Source: Methanothermococcus sp. Ax23 | GTDB lineage: Archaea; AGJL01; Methanococci; Methanococcales; Methanococcaceae | Assembly (NCBI RefSeq): GCF_049075655.1 | Contig: NZ_CP157522.1 | Location: forward strand, 224,001 to 288,000 | DNA length: 64,000 nt | Direction of reading: 5' to 3' | Shown here: positions 62,928 through 64,000 of the stretch, in pieces | Layout: each line of letters begins with the position of its first letter | Numbering within the stretch: position 1 is the first letter of the stretch | Translations under genes and position numbers: made by a program | The notes under the pieces: model-generated | Told to the model about the DNA's origin: nothing | The model's input: only the letters and a program-made list of their open reading frames with translations | The model's database searches: none

Positions 62928-63204
62928 GGATTCCCTCTTCTTCTTGGTAGATAATACAATTGATTACAAAGTTTGCTCCTTCCCCAAATTTGTTTAATAT
63001 TTCAATTTCTTTATCTGATAGTGTTAGTAATTTTTTGTTAGTTAATTTTCTCTTTTTTATTTCTGCTATCACTCTTGGGTCTATGCCTTTGTAATTTTCT
63101 GCTTTATGTAGATAGTATCTGAGCTCTCTTGCACCTATGTTTTTGTAGATGTTAAAATATTTTTTTGAATACTTTTTCCCTTTATCCTTGCTCATGCACT
63201 TCAT
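62914..63204 (-). CDS. DUF2540 / MJ0366-like knotted ribbon-helix-helix protein
   Basis: F.IYKNI..RELRYYLHK.EN...LTLS..E.EI...G..ANF..NC matches my recollection of MJ0366; overlaps the integrase start. Confidence 0.75.
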   Translation of the reverse strand: MKCMSKDKGKKYSKKYFNIYKNIGARELRYYLHKAENYKGIDPRVIAEIKKRKLTNKKLLTLSDKEIEILNKFGEGANFVINCIIYQEEEGIHEGY

Positions 63205-63287
63205 AGTTTCCCTTCATACTATTTTTGTAGAGCTCTACAAGTGGTAGTAATACTCACATTGTAGAGCTCCTATTGTTGCAGTATTAC

Positions 63288-63644
63288 TTACAGTATTCGA
63301 TATGTTCCAGTGTTCGGTTCGTATATTTCCCCATCTTCTATTAGTAATTTTATCGTTTTACCTACCTCTTTTAGAACCCTTTCCTTTAATCGCTCATAGG
63401 TTATCTCATCATTTTCCATGATTATGTTTAATATTAATTCCTTGAATGTCTCTGGAACCCTATCAACTTCAAACATATTACTTATATTCTCTTCATCAAT
63501 AATGTATCCATCATCATCTTCATCGACATTCTCAAAATATCCGCAGTTTAAACAATACCAACCATGCTCGTCTTCATCCCATACCATAGGACCATTTGGA
63601 CAATTAGGACAATGGGGGGCATTGTCATCAAACACTTTTGCCAT
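63288..63644 (-). CDS. Zn-ribbon plus acidic linker plus winged-helix small protein
   Basis: CPNC...CLNCGY; C-terminal LIEDGEIYEPNTGTYRIL; GGTGA RBS. Confidence 0.7.
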   Translation of the reverse strand: MAKVFDDNAPHCPNCPNGPMVWDEDEHGWYCLNCGYFENVDEDDDGYIIDEENISNMFEVDRVPETFKELILNIIMENDEITYERLKERVLKEVGKTIKLLIEDGEIYEPNTGTYRIL

Positions 63645-63648
63645 GATT

Positions 63649-63828
63649 TCACCTTTTCCATAAATTGATATAAATTCTGCCCCCGTTGTTCCTTCTATTT
63701 TTATACTCTTTGCTTACTGAACAGCTCCATCTTTTCAGTTTTTTGAATTCTTTTGTTATCTTTTCAACCGTGTATTCTGCATCTTTTTTCTCTGCCTCTG
63801 AATTCCACATGACTCTGATATTTACCAT
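63649..63828 (-). CDS. 59-aa hypothetical protein, missed by the ORF track (MVNIRVMWNS...SKEYKNRRNNGGRIYINLWKR)
   Basis: GGTG RBS upstream; its stop overlaps the RBS of the next gene. Confidence 0.6.
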   Translation of the reverse strand: MVNIRVMWNSEAEKKDAEYTVEKITKEFKKLKRWSCSVSKEYKNRRNNGGRIYINLWKR

Positions 63829-64000
63829 GTTTGCACCTATTTATGCTCTTTATAACCACTTTGAATTGTTTTTTAGTAAGTCCATACTTAGCATCTATCT
63901 TCTTTTTCCACTTCTCAAACTCTCCCTTATTTACTAACTTTACCTTTACTCCTCCTAGACATTCTAAAACTTCTTTCTCTTTTTGAAATGCCTTTTTTCC

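Larger units (their letters stand above)
58061..64000 (-). mobile_element. Left part of an integrated plasmid/virus-like element adjacent to tRNA-Leu
   Basis: Tyrosine integrase, primase-helicase and small co-oriented genes directly after the tRNA 3' end; the second att site is not in the window. Confidence 0.8.

Noticed and set aside
63764-64000. Open minus-strand frame running off the window end
   Set aside because: Start not visible and it overlaps the 59-aa ORF; cannot be called from this window

Overview
AT-rich (~30% GC) chromosomal segment of a Methanococcales methanogen (Methanococcaceae-like gene set: earA, cofD, gch3, mptB, eppA, ASH-Ski2). Most of the window is housekeeping DNA: hisF, rpiA, feoAB, dtdA, larB, queE, thrB, cbiH, sucD, purM, crcB, metE-like, ade, nhaP and valS. 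It also holds five tRNAs, two box C/D sRNAs and one GC-rich structured ncRNA candidate. Accessory features are a hydrogenase-4-like Ehr operon with a broken hyfB, an IS5-type element with 9-bp TSD, a 372-bp non-autonomous IS200/IS605 derivative that destroyed an FAD oxidoreductase gene, and the left end of an element integrated at tRNA-Leu (AEP primase/SF2 helicase fusion, tyrosine integrase, MJ0366-type knotted RHH protein). Three signals stand out. (i) The same ~70-bp double-hairpin element sits behind two unrelated tRNA genes, each time followed by a copy of that tRNA's own 3' end. (ii) The palindrome GAGCTC occurs ~80 times by manual count versus ~4-5 expected. (iii) Small palindromic modules are dispersed through the window, some inserted in frame in ORFs and inside other mobile elements. 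All assignments come from reading the sequence; no searches were run.
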